From positions 8,708 through 72,707 of the forward strand of contig JAUXAI010000001.1 in assembly GCA_030619985.1 (NCBI GenBank): 64,000 nucleotides of DNA, given 5' to 3'. The stretch is from a bacterium (GTDB taxonomy: Bacteria; UBP18; UBA7526). The position numbers and the translations under genes were made by a program. Below are positions 30,503 through 40,162 of this stretch, in pieces (position 1 is the first letter of the stretch; every line of letters begins with the position of its first letter). The notes under the pieces are model-generated. The model worked only from the letters and a program-made list of their open reading frames with translations, made no database searches and was not told the DNA's origin.

Positions 30503-30514
30503 ATTGAAGGATGG

Positions 30515-31477
30515 GTGACAGAAATGAAGGAGAAGATAGTTGGCGTTATCTTGGCGGCCGGGAAGGGGACCCGCCTTACCCCCTTAAGCATTAAGTATCC
30601 CAAGCCCCTGCTGCCCGTTTGCAACAAGCCCATTATGCAGTATCAAATCGAGTTAATGAAGGAAGTGGGCATCAAAGAGATTATCATTGTAGTCGGTCAT
30701 CTCAAAAAGGAGATAATCAACTATTTCGCTGACGGGGCAAAGCTGGGGGTAAAGATTACTTACGTTAAACAAGGCGAGACGCTGGGCCTGGCCCATGCGG
30801 TGGGTCGCTTAGAGGAGTATATCAAGACCCCCTTTCTCCTATTTCTTGGGGATATCTTCTTGATTCCCAGAGATTTTTCCCGAATGATAGCCGGTTTTGA
30901 AGGAAAGAATATGGCGGCGGTCCTCGCTGTCAAGACCGAGCCAGACACTGAAGCAATCAAGAAAAATTTCGCCGTAGTATTAGATAAGAACGACCTGGTT
31001 AAACAGGTCATAGAAAAACCGAGGTATGTAGTCAATAGATTAAAGGGTTGCGGTGTCTATCTTTTTGACCTTCCTATATTCGACGCCATCAGACAAACCC
31101 CGAGAACTGCCATGCGCGATGAATACGAAATTACTACCTCTATTCAGATCCTTATCGGGGAAGGATATGGGGTATGTGCTAGAAAAGTCGTGGACTGGGA
31201 TATGAATGTGACTGTGGTCTGCGATATTCTGGAGTGTAACCTGAAACAACTCTCCCTGCTTAGAAAGAAGAATCTGATATCCTCCTCCGCTAGAGTACAT
31301 CCTAAAGCTCGGGTGGTGAATTCAATAATAGGGGAGCACTCCCAGGTTGTCTATCCCATCGAAATCAGGGATTCGGTTATTTTCCCCAGAATAAAAGTTA
31401 ATACTAGGGATTCTATTTCTCAAAGCGTGGTTATCCCCCACATGACCGTGAAGTGTCCCCAGGAGAGGAAAAGATGA
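30515..31477 (+). CDS. Sugar-1-phosphate nucleotidyltransferase with C-terminal left-handed beta-helix
   Basis: GVILAAGKGTRLTPLSIKYPKPLLPV; C-terminal hexapeptide-repeat-like region. Confidence 0.7.
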   Translation: MTEMKEKIVGVILAAGKGTRLTPLSIKYPKPLLPVCNKPIMQYQIELMKEVGIKEIIIVVGHLKKEIINYFADGAKLGVKITYVKQGETLGLAHAVGRLEEYIKTPFLLFLGDIFLIPRDFSRMIAGFEGKNMAAVLAVKTEPDTEAIKKNFAVVLDKNDLVKQVIEKPRYVVNRLKGCGVYLFDLPIFDAIRQTPRTAMRDEYEITTSIQILIGEGYGVCARKVVDWDMNVTVVCDILECNLKQLSLLRKKNLISSSARVHPKARVVNSIIGEHSQVVYPIEIRDSVIFPRIKVNTRDSISQSVVIPHMTVKCPQERKR

Positions 31478-32433
31478 GGTATAAAAAGGCATTAGTGACT
31501 GGAGGGGCAGGGTTTATCGGTTCTCACCTCGCCCGGGAACTATTGAGGCATAATTTAGAGGTAGTAGTCATAGATAACCTCCTCACTGGCAAGCGAGAGA
31601 AGGTTCCTCCAGCAGCAGAGTTTATCAAGGGAGATATTCTCAATACCGAATTAATAGAAAGGATTACCTCTCAGGTTGATATTGTCTTCCATCTAGCAGC
31701 CGTGGTGAGTGTGCGCTCCTCAGTTAGAGAATTTTACCCTGATGCCCAGACCAATATTATGGGTACTCTAAATCTGCTCCAAGCCGCTATCAAGAGTAAG
31801 AGGGTCAGAAAATTTATTTACGCTTCTTCTATGGCGGTCTATGCCGATTCTTCCCATCCTTCCCCCATTGATGAAACATATACTACTGAGCCTCTTTCTC
31901 CTTACGGGGTTTCCAAGCTGGCCAGCGAGAAATATGTGCTTCGAGTGGGCCGGCAAAAGAATTTTGACACGGTCATTTTGCGCTACTTCAATACCTATGG
32001 ACCAGGACAGACTTTTACTCCCTATGTAGGGGTGATTACCATCTTCATCAATCGTCTTTTAGCCGGCAAACCACCCATCATCTTTGGTGACGGAGAACAG
32101 AGAAGAGATTTTATTTATGTGGGCGATGTGGTGGAGGCCACTATCCAGGCTATGGAGGAGGATGTCACTGGGGAGATCTGCAATGTCGGTACCGGGATAA
32201 CCACCTCGGTCAACGAAATCGCCCAGTTACTTTGTGCAAAGATAGCCCCGGGGATCAAACCAGTACATGCTGAGGAACAACCAGGTGAGTTAAGGAACTC
32301 TATAGCCGATATTTCAAAGGCAAGCAGAATATTGAAGTTCTCCTCCAAATTTAGGATAGAGGAAAAGATTGATGAAGTAATAGAATCAATCAGAAATCGC
32401 AGGCGAAGAATAGGAGGAAGCGACTATGTTTAA
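31474..32433 (+). CDS. NAD-dependent epimerase/dehydratase (GalE/UDP-sugar 4-epimerase-like)
   Basis: ALVTGGAGFIGSHL, YxxxK; ATGA overlap with the upstream gene. Confidence 0.7.
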   Translation: MRYKKALVTGGAGFIGSHLARELLRHNLEVVVIDNLLTGKREKVPPAAEFIKGDILNTELIERITSQVDIVFHLAAVVSVRSSVREFYPDAQTNIMGTLNLLQAAIKSKRVRKFIYASSMAVYADSSHPSPIDETYTTEPLSPYGVSKLASEKYVLRVGRQKNFDTVILRYFNTYGPGQTFTPYVGVITIFINRLLAGKPPIIFGDGEQRRDFIYVGDVVEATIQAMEEDVTGEICNVGTGITTSVNEIAQLLCAKIAPGIKPVHAEEQPGELRNSIADISKASRILKFSSKFRIEEKIDEVIESIRNRRRRIGGSDYV

Positions 32434-35400
32434 ATTTGATACTAAAAATTTAATCTGTATCGTTTTTCTCCTCCTTCTCTGTTCTCTCTTTTTCCTCTCC
32501 CCCTGGCCCAATGATTTGGGGGATATAGGGATGAGCTTTTTCTCCAACAATTCCCTTTTATTGAAAGCCCACCAATCCAAAATCCCCTTTTCCAAGTTTG
32601 TAATCGAAAAATATGGTGAACCCTCTCGTGGTTATGCCTTAACCTATTATCAGACCACTTTTGCCTATGCTCTCGGTGTTATCGTCCCTTATCTCATCAG
32701 TGCTTTCCTCCATATCTCACCATTTCATAGCCTTCTGATAACTATGATACTTTGTGCCTTTGCCACAGTCTTGGTCAGTTTTTATCTTGGATCGCTTCTA
32801 TATAACCGTCTCTTTGGTTTAGTCTTCGCCATATTAATAGGCACAGACATATACTTCAATATTAATATCAGAACAGGGGCACCAATCTTCGTCTTGCCCA
32901 TTCCTCTTATTCTCCTCACTTGTTATTTCTTTTTGAGGGCCCACCTTAATGGGGAGAGAAAGATAATCTGGATTATTGCCGCTGGCCTCTTCTCATCCCT
33001 CTGTCTACTTCACGGATATCCTGAGACCTATATCGTATTCCCCATCTTAATCCTGTTTCTCATCCTCGCATTGGCCATTAAGCCTCTGATGAAGTTAAAA
33101 ATCCTAAAATCCTCCCAGCGAAGTTATCGCCTCTTACCAGTTACTTATTATCTTCTCTTTTTCCTCTTGACCGCTACCCTCTACCTTTCTTTCTCCTTCG
33201 CCTGGGATGCTTATAACCAGGTTCCATTATTGACTACTCATCAGTGGATCAGCAAGTGTAATTGGGGCCGTTACTCTGGAATGTTCTCTATCGGCTTACC
33301 AGAGTTGAAGACCAGGGTCGCAAAGTTCTTAGAATGTATCTTTATTGATATGGATAAGAACGCCTACTTTGCTGGAGGCGGTGTCCACTCAGATACCTCT
33401 TTCCCTGGCCAGCCTGTTCTGCCTTTCTTCTCCTCCCTCTTCTTTATCCTGGGCATGATATCCATATTTAGAAAGAGGAGAGAAAATGACCTCTTCCTTT
33501 TTCTGCTCTTTATCCTGACCTCTTTCGTTTTAATATTTCTATTTAAACCCTATACTCCGAGGGTCTACATCTTTTCTACCCCGTTTCTCTTACTGGTCTC
33601 AAGTTTAGGATATGTGGAGGTACTAAATCACCTCTCAGCGAGAATTAAGTTTCTTAATAAATATCCCAATATAGCTCTGTCCTTTCTCATTGCCTGTTTC
33701 CTACTAATCAATATTCCCCACTACCATAAGATTAGTAGAACCTTTGTAATTGACCGAGGTGGCCAGAAAATCTGGCATAATGGATGGCCAAGGATCTATC
33801 GCTATCTGCAGAAGGAAAGAGTTGATGATAAGAATCTAGTGGTCTTTGGTATCGGCTTTAGTGGTGTTTACGACTGGCTGCAGGAGCTTTATGTAGATGG
33901 CCATGGAATTGAGACCCAATTCTTTTATAAAGAAAAGGAGATGAGGGAAAGATTTCATCACTGGAGAAATAAACAACTTGAGACTTATGAAAGCATCTAC
34001 TTCATATTTCCCTCCGAATATTATCATATGGAGAAGCCCGGGCTAAATTACGCCTTTATTAGCATGCGAGGGGCCCGGGATTCATTCCGTGAATCAAACC
34101 CAAACCTGCAGCCGATTAAGACAATCTATTCAAGAAAGGGTATACCTCTGCACTATATCTATAAATTAGAAAAAGAACCCAGGCAATTGACTAAGAAAGT
34201 AAGATTAGCCATAAGCAGAGGGGAAGCCGTTAGAATAGGGACAGATAAGGTCTATTCTGGAAAGGCGATCTATATAAGAGGGCCGGCTAAGAGCATAGTA
34301 TTCAAGAGTGATGGTGGAGAGCAGAGGATTCCGCTAAATATCACTCGCAACATGGGTATCTACCTCAATTTTAAGGGCAACAGCTGGGTAGAATTCTTTC
34401 CCAATTTCGATGAGGAAAGAGAGGCCTTTGAGAATGTATATAGTAGAGAACGTATTCAACTGAAAAGGGGAAGAGGGGGATTTAACTGGCTGGAGATTAT
34501 GCCTCCCCATAACCAGGGCACACTGACCTATAAAATAGAGTTACCCTACAGAATTATTAGGTTAGATCTGCGCACTAACCCCAGGATATTCAACGATTAT
34601 CTAAAAAGAAATAGGGTCGAGGCCTACTATTCTCTAAATGGCAAAGATTATGAAAAAATATATGAAATAATTAGCAATGGCAATGGACGATACGGAAAAC
34701 TAATCCTTCCCGGACGGGGCGGAGACCGGGATACAAGAATAGATCGGGCTGGGTTTGATGAATACTCCACTTATGATATCCTATATCCAGATTCAGGAAT
34801 ACTGTATATAAAGTTCATCTTAAAAAGTCCCTTCTCCGGTAGCAATGCTCAGTTGATATCCCATGGGAAGACGATGTTCCTCAGGGCCAGGATAGATACC
34901 CAGGATATGGAGGAACCAATTATCGAAGATGATACAGAAATCACGATTGAAAGAGACGATGAGTATGAGACAAAAACAGAGGTGGCTATCACTCTATGCG
35001 AAATGGGTTATACCTCGGGATTAATGGAGGGTAAGAAGAAAAGCGAGACAATAAAGAATCTCCTACCTAACGGAGATTTTGAGGTATGGTCAAACTACTC
35101 TGGTCCGGGAAAGAATATTGCCCCTGATGGGTGGAAACCCGGAGGTGATGTCATTGTCTCTCGTGAGGAGGAGGTTACTCTCACTGGAAACTCTGCCCTA
35201 AAACTTAGCGGTGCCCCATCCGGTGCTGCTAATATTAGTTACCCTTACTACAAGATCCAAACTCTGGCGGGAAAGATTATAAATTTAGATGCCTATGTAA
35301 AGACGAATGTAGCCAATATAGCCAGACTGAGACTATCTGAGGTCACGAAGCAGGGGGAGGTCACTACGGTTTATTCGGACTTTCATTCAGGTTCTGGCAA

Positions 35401-35560
35401 TTGGGAGCTCCTGAGAGTTTCAAAGAGGTTAGGACAATCCCCAAGTATGATTCTAGTCACCATTTTCAATAGTAGTAGCTTTCCCGAAGATTCTGTGTAC
35501 CTCGATAAAGCTGTCTGTTATAAGGGCAAACCAAGAAGAACGGTTTACTATCTGGATTAA
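32426..35560 (+). CDS. Very large polytopic membrane protein (GT-C-like N-terminal half) with C-terminal carbohydrate-binding-module-like beta-sandwich
   Basis: 1044 aa. The N-terminal roughly 430 aa are multi-TM. The C-terminus (LPNGDFEVWS...) matches the start of CBM4/9/22-type modules. Confidence 0.45.
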   Translation: MFKFDTKNLICIVFLLLLCSLFFLSPWPNDLGDIGMSFFSNNSLLLKAHQSKIPFSKFVIEKYGEPSRGYALTYYQTTFAYALGVIVPYLISAFLHISPFHSLLITMILCAFATVLVSFYLGSLLYNRLFGLVFAILIGTDIYFNINIRTGAPIFVLPIPLILLTCYFFLRAHLNGERKIIWIIAAGLFSSLCLLHGYPETYIVFPILILFLILALAIKPLMKLKILKSSQRSYRLLPVTYYLLFFLLTATLYLSFSFAWDAYNQVPLLTTHQWISKCNWGRYSGMFSIGLPELKTRVAKFLECIFIDMDKNAYFAGGGVHSDTSFPGQPVLPFFSSLFFILGMISIFRKRRENDLFLFLLFILTSFVLIFLFKPYTPRVYIFSTPFLLLVSSLGYVEVLNHLSARIKFLNKYPNIALSFLIACFLLINIPHYHKISRTFVIDRGGQKIWHNGWPRIYRYLQKERVDDKNLVVFGIGFSGVYDWLQELYVDGHGIETQFFYKEKEMRERFHHWRNKQLETYESIYFIFPSEYYHMEKPGLNYAFISMRGARDSFRESNPNLQPIKTIYSRKGIPLHYIYKLEKEPRQLTKKVRLAISRGEAVRIGTDKVYSGKAIYIRGPAKSIVFKSDGGEQRIPLNITRNMGIYLNFKGNSWVEFFPNFDEEREAFENVYSRERIQLKRGRGGFNWLEIMPPHNQGTLTYKIELPYRIIRLDLRTNPRIFNDYLKRNRVEAYYSLNGKDYEKIYEIISNGNGRYGKLILPGRGGDRDTRIDRAGFDEYSTYDILYPDSGILYIKFILKSPFSGSNAQLISHGKTMFLRARIDTQDMEEPIIEDDTEITIERDDEYETKTEVAITLCEMGYTSGLMEGKKKSETIKNLLPNGDFEVWSNYSGPGKNIAPDGWKPGGDVIVSREEEVTLTGNSALKLSGAPSGAANISYPYYKIQTLAGKIINLDAYVKTNVANIARLRLSEVTKQGEVTTVYSDFHSGSGNWELLRVSKRLGQSPSMILVTIFNSSSFPEDSVYLDKAVCYKGKPRRTVYYLD

Positions 35561-35613
35561 ATATGCTTCTTCAGTAACTCTTCCCAAATTTTAAGGATGG
35601 TGAACTCTTCATT

Positions 35614-37716
35614 ATGAAGATATTGTTCATTATGCCCCTGGATTACTCCGTCTATCCCTTTCAGATAGGGGCACTATCTGCCTTTCTAAAAAAACATAAA
35701 CACAAGACAGATTATTTAGAACTCATATTAGGCAGAGAATTCAACCAGGATGATGCCCTCCTGGTTGCCCGTAAAATAGAATCGTTTCAACCTCATCTGA
35801 TAGGTTTCAGTTCCTATGAAATGAGTTTTGAATGGATCAAGGATATTGCAGGTTTCATTAAGGCAGAATATAATCTACCGATTATTGTTGGTGGATATCA
35901 TGCTACCTTAGTGCCTGAGGAGGTGATTAACCACTCTTCGATTGATATGGTCTGTCGTGGAGAAGGGGAATATGCCCTCTTAGAACTATTGGAAGGAATG
36001 GAACAAGATAGAGAGACGGTAGCCATCAAGAATATCTGGTTCAAGAGGAATGGGAAGATCATTAGAAATGGAATGAGACCACTCATTGAGGATTTGGACA
36101 GGTTACCTTTCTTAGATAGAAACTCCTTTAATTATCAAGAGCAACTTAATAGATATGGGCCAAAGAGATATTTAGGAATGATGGGCAGTCGGGGATGCCC
36201 CTTTAACTGTAGCTATTGTTCTAACCATGCCTTTAGAATGCTCTACCCCAACAAGGAAAGATACTTTCGCTGGAGGTCTGTCGATCATGTCCTGAATGAA
36301 ATTGAAGAATGCCGAAGAGAATTTCTCTTTGGGGGAATTAGCTTTGAAGACGATATTTTTACTGGAATCGGGGGTTGGCTTGAAGAATTCTGTGAAAAAT
36401 ACCCCAAGAGGTTTGCCCTTCCTTTTCGCTGTAATGCCCGACCGGAGACAGCCACCTTTGAAAGAATGACCATGCTCAAGGAGGCGGGCTGCGAGAGCGT
36501 CTCTTTTGGTATCGAATCGGGAGACGAAAGGATTCGAAAGGAGGTGCTACGCAGAGACATTTCCAATTCTCAGATCAGAGAGGCCTTCAGAAACGCTAAG
36601 AGGGCGGGATTGAAGGTGAGGTCATACAGTATGGTTGGCCTGCCCCACGAGACCCGTTCTTCTCTACTGAGGACCATTCTCCTGAATTTCAAGGTGGCTC
36701 CCCATGAGGTTCAAACCACGGTCTTTTATCCCTTCCAAGGCACCTCCCTAGGTAAATTATGTTATGAGAAAAACTGGGTAGACTGGGAAAGAAAAAAAGA
36801 GGCAAAAATATACGCCAATGATTCCATCTTGAATCTGCCCACTATTTCCCGCCGGGAGATCCAGATAGCCAAGTGGATAAATTCTGCTACTGCCTTGCGG
36901 AGTGGCAACCTTAAGATTGCCAAGGCAGGAATAGGTCTTATTATCTCCAGGTTGAAGACAGTGTTGAGGAGAAAGAAGGTAGGGGGATGGAAAGAAAACG
37001 ACAGCTATAAAGTTGAAAAAAAGAGATTAATGTTGATGAAGAGCACTAATAAATTTTCTGAGTTCAATGTCCAGAAGTTCACCAAACCTATTAATTATTC
37101 CTCTTCAGATTTTAGGCTAAAGGAAGTTCTCGATTTGATTGGTACCGGGAAAAAGGTTTTGGATATTGGCTGTTATGATGGTACGGTTACAAAGTTGATT
37201 AAGGATAAAGGGAATGATGTTACGGGTCTCGAAATTTCGGATGAGGCAATAGTTTTGGCGAAAGTAAAAGACCTGCAAATTATTAAAGCAGACCTTTCAC
37301 AAGAATTTCCTGTGCCTGATAATGCTTTTGATGTGGTTTTCGCAGGAGAGGTTATAGAGCATATTTTTGACACAGACGGCTTTCTGCAGGAGATAAGTAG
37401 AGTATTAAAAAACAATGGCCATTTGGTCTTGACCACCCCAAACTTAGCTACCTTTGGCAGAAGACTGCTTTTGTTATTTGGCAAGAACCCTCTTATTGAA
37501 AATTCTATTCGAGACAAAAACTCTTCAGGTCATATTAGGTATTTTACTAAAGGTAGTTTGTCAGAATTGTTGTGCTCTAACGGGTTTAAGATAGATAAGT
37601 TAGTATCGAATGTTGTGAATTTTAATTTAAGCGGAACATTGAGGAGCAGGTTATTAGCTAAGCTTTTTCCAACCTTAGGAAGCATACTTATACTCAAAGC
37701 ATCTAAGAGGTTTTGA
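35614..37716 (+). CDS. B12-binding radical SAM domain fused to a C-terminal class I SAM methyltransferase
   Basis: SRGCPFNCSYCSN; C-terminal VLDIGCYDGTVTKL motif I and VVFAGEVIEH motif II. Confidence 0.75.
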   Translation: MKILFIMPLDYSVYPFQIGALSAFLKKHKHKTDYLELILGREFNQDDALLVARKIESFQPHLIGFSSYEMSFEWIKDIAGFIKAEYNLPIIVGGYHATLVPEEVINHSSIDMVCRGEGEYALLELLEGMEQDRETVAIKNIWFKRNGKIIRNGMRPLIEDLDRLPFLDRNSFNYQEQLNRYGPKRYLGMMGSRGCPFNCSYCSNHAFRMLYPNKERYFRWRSVDHVLNEIEECRREFLFGGISFEDDIFTGIGGWLEEFCEKYPKRFALPFRCNARPETATFERMTMLKEAGCESVSFGIESGDERIRKEVLRRDISNSQIREAFRNAKRAGLKVRSYSMVGLPHETRSSLLRTILLNFKVAPHEVQTTVFYPFQGTSLGKLCYEKNWVDWERKKEAKIYANDSILNLPTISRREIQIAKWINSATALRSGNLKIAKAGIGLIISRLKTVLRRKKVGGWKENDSYKVEKKRLMLMKSTNKFSEFNVQKFTKPINYSSSDFRLKEVLDLIGTGKKVLDIGCYDGTVTKLIKDKGNDVTGLEISDEAIVLAKVKDLQIIKADLSQEFPVPDNAFDVVFAGEVIEHIFDTDGFLQEISRVLKNNGHLVLTTPNLATFGRRLLLLFGKNPLIENSIRDKNSSGHIRYFTKGSLSELLCSNGFKIDKLVSNVVNFNLSGTLRSRLLAKLFPTLGSILILKASKRF

Positions 37717-37717
37717 T

Positions 37718-40162
37718 ATGTATTTTATATTTAGAAAGGCGAAATTATTTTTTCTTTTTTGCAAGGTACACCCGGTAGTTGATTTAATATTTATCCTCCT
37801 GGTTGGATTACATATTTTTAGTTGGTTCCATGGAGACTTTTTATATATCGGAGGTGACTACCTCATTCCTCTTAATCCCATTGAAAATTTGCAGCACCTC
37901 TATACCTGGAAGACCCAGCTGGGCGGTGTTGAATCCTGGGGCTTAAATCAAATCTTAGTAAATGGGTTCTTTGCTCTCTTCCATTTTCTTGGTTTTTCCC
38001 TGCCAACCATACAGCAATTCTATATCTATTTCAGTCATATTTTAGCTGGTTTATTTATGTATTATTTAGCGTCAACCTTTGCCTCTGGTGAGAAGGATAG
38101 ACGAGCGGTGAGCCTGATAGCCGCCTTTTTCTATATGTTTAGTCCCTTTATGCTCGGCCTGGGCCAGATAAATGTCTACCTTCCCTATGTCTTCATGCCC
38201 CTGGTGCTGGCTTTCTATGTAAGAGGGCTGTCAGATAGAACAAATCAGATTAGATATGCTTTCTTTACTGCCTTAGCCTTATTAGGCTTTATCGGGGAGC
38301 TTCCTCAGTATAAAATGCTTAGTATAGCGATTGCTTTAATTCTCTTATATACCTTATTTCATATCCTTTTCCTTAGAGGAAGTATCCGGCATTGTGCTAA
38401 ATTTTTACTGATTATTATCGTCTTGGCATTCGCCTTGACTGCCTGGTTTATCCTCCCTTATTTTCGAGTCATTACCTACACCGGCCTGATCGAGACTGCC
38501 CGGGCTGCAACATCGAGGATAGGATCAGTAAGAGGCTTTGGAGACTATGGCTTTGCCACATTGAAGGAGCTTTTCAGAATATTGGGTAGCGCTGGATTCT
38601 ACTATGGGTCAACCTATTCCCGACCCTATTTCCATAATCCATTTCTAATTCTAATCAGCTATCTCATTCCTCTCTTAGCGTTTAGTTCTCTGATATTCAA
38701 ACCTAAATCCAAGAACGTTATCTTCTTCGCTACTGTTTCATTATTCTTTCTCTTTTGCGCTAAAGGCACCAATCCACCCTTTGGCTACATCTATAAATGG
38801 ATTGTAAATTATATTCCCTTTGCCAGGGTTTACAGGACTTCCTGGACTCTACTTCTGGGCGCAGTAATAGGATACGCTTTCCTCATAGGAGTTGCTACAA
38901 TAAGCATCTATAATAAGTTACGTCACCGTAAACCTTACCTGGCCAGAATTTTTATCTTAGTAGTTATCGCCGTTATTCTTACCAATGCCTGGCCATTAGT
39001 AACCGGGGCTTACCTCGAAAATCTCAATAATCCCCCTGATTATAAAGGAGTGGAAATTCCTCCATCATACTATGCGGCCAATGTCTTTTTGAATACCCAG
39101 GGCACCGAGGATTCTAAATTCCTGGTATTACCACCGAGCGCTAGTTATCTGATCACAGATTGGGGCTATCTGGGCAGTGCCCATTTGCTACCCTTTATTT
39201 TCTCAAAGCCCCTGATATACGGTTACCACACAATAACCTTGACTCAGGCCGTTACCAAGCTCGCCTATCATTCATTCATCCAAGAGGATTTTAATCAAGC
39301 CAGTAAGATCTTAGGCCTGCTCAACGTTCGCTATTTGCTCTTGGATAATAGTATCGATACCGCCAGCAAGATTATTATTGCGGAATATCCCTTAGAAAGA
39401 TATCGAGAAGGGTTGAAGTCGCAGAAAGGAATCCATTTTAAGAGAAGTTTTGGAAAGTTAGACCTCTATCGGGTTGACAATTGTTTACCCCATATCTTTG
39501 CCTCCTCTCACACTACATTAGTAGACGGGAGCAGCGAGGCTTTGGTTCCCCTGAGTAATACCAAGTATCTAAGGGAAAAACCATGCCTCCTCTTCTTAGA
39601 ACAGCTCCCTGGCTACCAGCAGAGAAAACTTATGAATAGAACAGATGTTCTAATTACTTTCAAGAAGGAAAGTCTAAAAATAAAACCAGTTACCTTTAAG
39701 AAAAAAACACCCCCTGAAGTCTCTTTTGAAAGGATTAATCCCACCAGGTATGTGGTGAAGTTGAGGAGGATAAAGGAGCCTTTCTGGTTGGTCTTTTTGG
39801 AGAGTTTTCATAAGGGGTGGAAGGCATACATGCTTCAAACTCCAAACTCTAAGCTCAAAACTCAAAATAGACGGGAATGGTCGGCGTTGGTGAGTGCTTG
39901 GAAGGATAGGGGGAGGAGGATTGAACTGAAAGAGCATTATGTAGTGAATGGGTATGCTAATGGATGGTGGATAGATCCGTCCAAAGTCAAAGAAATAGAG
40001 ATTGTGTTGGAGTATATGCCTCAAAGACTGGTTGAAGTTGGAATTCTAATATCAGGATTGACTTTTTTGGGATGTATTGGATATTTAGCGGGGACTGGAA
40101 TCAGGAGGAAACGGAGAAAGTTAGCTGATGAAAAAGTTAGCGATCGAGCGGAGAATTTCTAA
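37718..40162 (+). CDS. Large polytopic membrane protein (GT-C-like / YfhO-like) with C-terminal soluble domain
   Basis: 814 aa; N-terminal roughly 450 aa multi-TM; one C-terminal TM anchor. Confidence 0.4.
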   Translation: MYFIFRKAKLFFLFCKVHPVVDLIFILLVGLHIFSWFHGDFLYIGGDYLIPLNPIENLQHLYTWKTQLGGVESWGLNQILVNGFFALFHFLGFSLPTIQQFYIYFSHILAGLFMYYLASTFASGEKDRRAVSLIAAFFYMFSPFMLGLGQINVYLPYVFMPLVLAFYVRGLSDRTNQIRYAFFTALALLGFIGELPQYKMLSIAIALILLYTLFHILFLRGSIRHCAKFLLIIIVLAFALTAWFILPYFRVITYTGLIETARAATSRIGSVRGFGDYGFATLKELFRILGSAGFYYGSTYSRPYFHNPFLILISYLIPLLAFSSLIFKPKSKNVIFFATVSLFFLFCAKGTNPPFGYIYKWIVNYIPFARVYRTSWTLLLGAVIGYAFLIGVATISIYNKLRHRKPYLARIFILVVIAVILTNAWPLVTGAYLENLNNPPDYKGVEIPPSYYAANVFLNTQGTEDSKFLVLPPSASYLITDWGYLGSAHLLPFIFSKPLIYGYHTITLTQAVTKLAYHSFIQEDFNQASKILGLLNVRYLLLDNSIDTASKIIIAEYPLERYREGLKSQKGIHFKRSFGKLDLYRVDNCLPHIFASSHTTLVDGSSEALVPLSNTKYLREKPCLLFLEQLPGYQQRKLMNRTDVLITFKKESLKIKPVTFKKKTPPEVSFERINPTRYVVKLRRIKEPFWLVFLESFHKGWKAYMLQTPNSKLKTQNRREWSALVSAWKDRGRRIELKEHYVVNGYANGWWIDPSKVKEIEIVLEYMPQRLVEVGILISGLTFLGCIGYLAGTGIRRKRRKLADEKVSDRAENF